In this document: in pieces, positions 40,173 through 42,161 of the stretch | Layout: every line of letters begins with the position of its first letter | How positions within the stretch are numbered: the stretch's first letter is position 1 | NCBI GenBank assembly: GCA_000934665.2 | Contig: JYFJ02003412.1 | Coordinates: 1 to 42,161 of the forward strand | Reading direction: 5' to 3' | Length of the DNA stretch: 42,161 bases | Source: Catajapyx aquilonaris | Taxonomy: Eukaryota | Translations under genes and position numbers: made by a program | The notes under the pieces: generated by a model | Seen by the model: the letters and a program-made list of their open reading frames with translations, nothing else | What the model was told of the DNA's origin: nothing | The model's database searches: none

Positions 40173-40757
40173 GGGGAGGGGGATGGTGGAAAAAGAAAAT
40201 GAAAGATTGGAATGGTTTGCAAACGGCGCGGGGTGAAGCCCCGCCTGTGAAAATCTTGGCACAGCAAACACTGTGTGCGGGCAATTACGGCTAATGGGGC
40301 TGGTTGTAAGTCGCTGCTTAATCAGGTCCTCCCATCTCCTTTGGAACGCTTTACGGTTTCCACTCTCTATAGGTCTATCTAATTAGCACATCGTTTTTCC
40401 CCACACCAACATTACTCCTGGCTAAATATACACACACACTAGGACGCCCGAGCGAGCCGAGAGGATATTTCTTCCCCCTTCCGAATGAGAGGAGCACACA
40501 TGTGTGACCGGAGGGTCTATCAGCATCCAGGCATGTGAGGACTTTCTGTCTAATTTGCCTTCCCCTTGAGGCCCGGGATGGGATGGGATGCCATCCCCAC
40601 ATTTTCTACGTTCACCCCTGCCACTTCTGTGCCTGTCAATCACCCTGCAAACCGTTAGATCCGCGACGGTACACGCCGGTTAGGTGGGACAAACATGGCC
40701 GTCGCGCGCAAGAAACCCATTCTACAAAGGGCGAGCAAACTTTTATTTCATAAAATC

Positions 40758-40902
40758 TATGGGTGGAATTTTCGTCCCACTGCACTGCTACAGCAGTGCA
40801 GTGGGACGAAAATTCCACCCATATATAGTTACTGCTACCCACTGGTAACCTAGCAGTACCACTGCCAACACTGGGCAGTGTGGGACGAAAATTCCGACCC
40901 TA
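40758..40902. repeat. Perfect 66-bp palindrome plus a third diverged arm copy; probable MITE derivative
   Basis: TATGGGTGGAATTTTCGTCCCACTGCACTGCT-AC-AGCAGTGCAGTGGGACGAAAATTCCACCCATA spans 40758-40823. A further arm-like copy GCAGTGTGGGACGAAAATTCCGACCCTA lies at 40875-40902. Confidence 0.88.
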
Positions 40903-42161
40903 TTTGTACAAAATTGCCATTAGACAAATATGGCGGCCACGCGCAGGCCTGCGCGTCACCCATAACCTCCCGGATATAAAAGCTGGGATGTATGTCTCTC
41001 ATGAGGGTAATGTGTCGTTGGTTGTATACCGGCTCGTAGGGGGTCATCAGAGTGTGTGATTTGGAGGTCAAAGGAGGGGCCGGCATGGGGTCCTCTCACT
41101 GGTCCAAATTGTCAACCCCAGCCACTTCTCTGGCTTCTATAGGGCGAAACGGGCAGCAGGGGTTGAGATTGATGTACCGACGCCTCGCATGGGAGGCCAA
41201 GTGAGACGGGCCTCCAGCTTCTGGCTAAAGAAAAAGAAGAGGGGGGCCCCATTCAAATCCGACCATGCGAGGGGGGATCAGAATCCGGGGGTTGAAAATC
41301 CGAGCAAGAACAACGCAACTCGCACCCGATTTTTGTCAACCGAAACCCGGTGACTGGTCCTTCTCTTATGACGTGAAGGATCATTGGGTTCCATTTCACG
41401 GGCGGCGGTAAGGAGGCTGTAACGAGACCCCTTCTTTTTATATCCCCCAAAATGGAAGTGAGGGGGGGGTGCTGGCCCGGGTGGGATTCGAGCATTAATT
41501 ACCGGCTCAGCTGGAAATCGCGCCCGGTGATTTATGGAGGCTGGACGCCTGCGCTCTTCTTATCATCTGCTGCTGGAGCTGGGGTGAAATGGCGGGTATT
41601 ATACCCGGGAAACCCCCCAACCCTCCCACCCGGATTGGTTCGATTTGGGTGCTCCCGGATTCGCTTCTGGTTGGCTTTACTGCCAGAGGGGGGAGGAAAC
41701 TTATACGAAACCAGAGGACCGTAACACTGCTCATTACACATGGTTACTCTTAAGTAATTGGTTTGCACGGATTTTCAATTTTTCAGTGCATCGTCGCAAC
41801 TGTTGTTCAGAAGTGACATACCAAAAAATGCAAATTGTCGTTATATATTTCTATACATTTGTAATTAAATGACAGCTAATAATTGTTCGCCAGAAATTCA
41901 AGTAAAGCATCAATAATGGCCTCAGTTGCCTGGGTCCACATATATGCGGTTACGGTTTCAGGTTAAATTAATGGGTGAATTTAGTGGTGGTAAATTAATT
42001 ACAGCGTTTAACGAGGGACAGGTGAGCCTCAAAATTTCGTCATTGTACACACTAACAGGCACAGTAATGAATTGGAATGGAAGTAAAAGTGTACAGGTTA
42101 ATTGAATGCCGGCTCATTTATCCTCCCAGAGAAGCACGTATATTTTCTAATTATGACAAAT

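Overview
Eukaryotic (animal, most likely arthropod) genomic DNA. The only protein-coding gene I can support is a two-exon Msx/msh (Drop)-family NK-class homeobox gene on the minus strand. Exon 1 CDS is 28825-28420 and carries an eh1 motif (FSVDSLL) and an FPW motif. A 15,180-bp phase-1 GT-AG intron follows. Exon 2 CDS is 13239-12734 and carries the homeodomain and a 13-Ala tract. The spliced product is 303 aa. The remaining ~41 kb is non-coding and looks like the regulatory landscape of a developmental gene: GC-richer, TAAT-dense islands alternate with AT-rich DNA, and long poly-G/poly-C runs are frequent. Several short palindromic or inverted-repeat elements are present, including a pogo/Tigger-like MITE, a ~460-bp foldback element, hairpins of 152 bp and 86 bp, and a perfect 66-bp palindrome with a third arm copy. 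The other ORFs in the track look spurious. I found no convincing new multi-gene system. The leads worth following are the hairpin elements, the 5' leader architecture (uORFs, an in-frame upstream ATG, a G4-prone tract) and candidate homeodomain-site enhancers.
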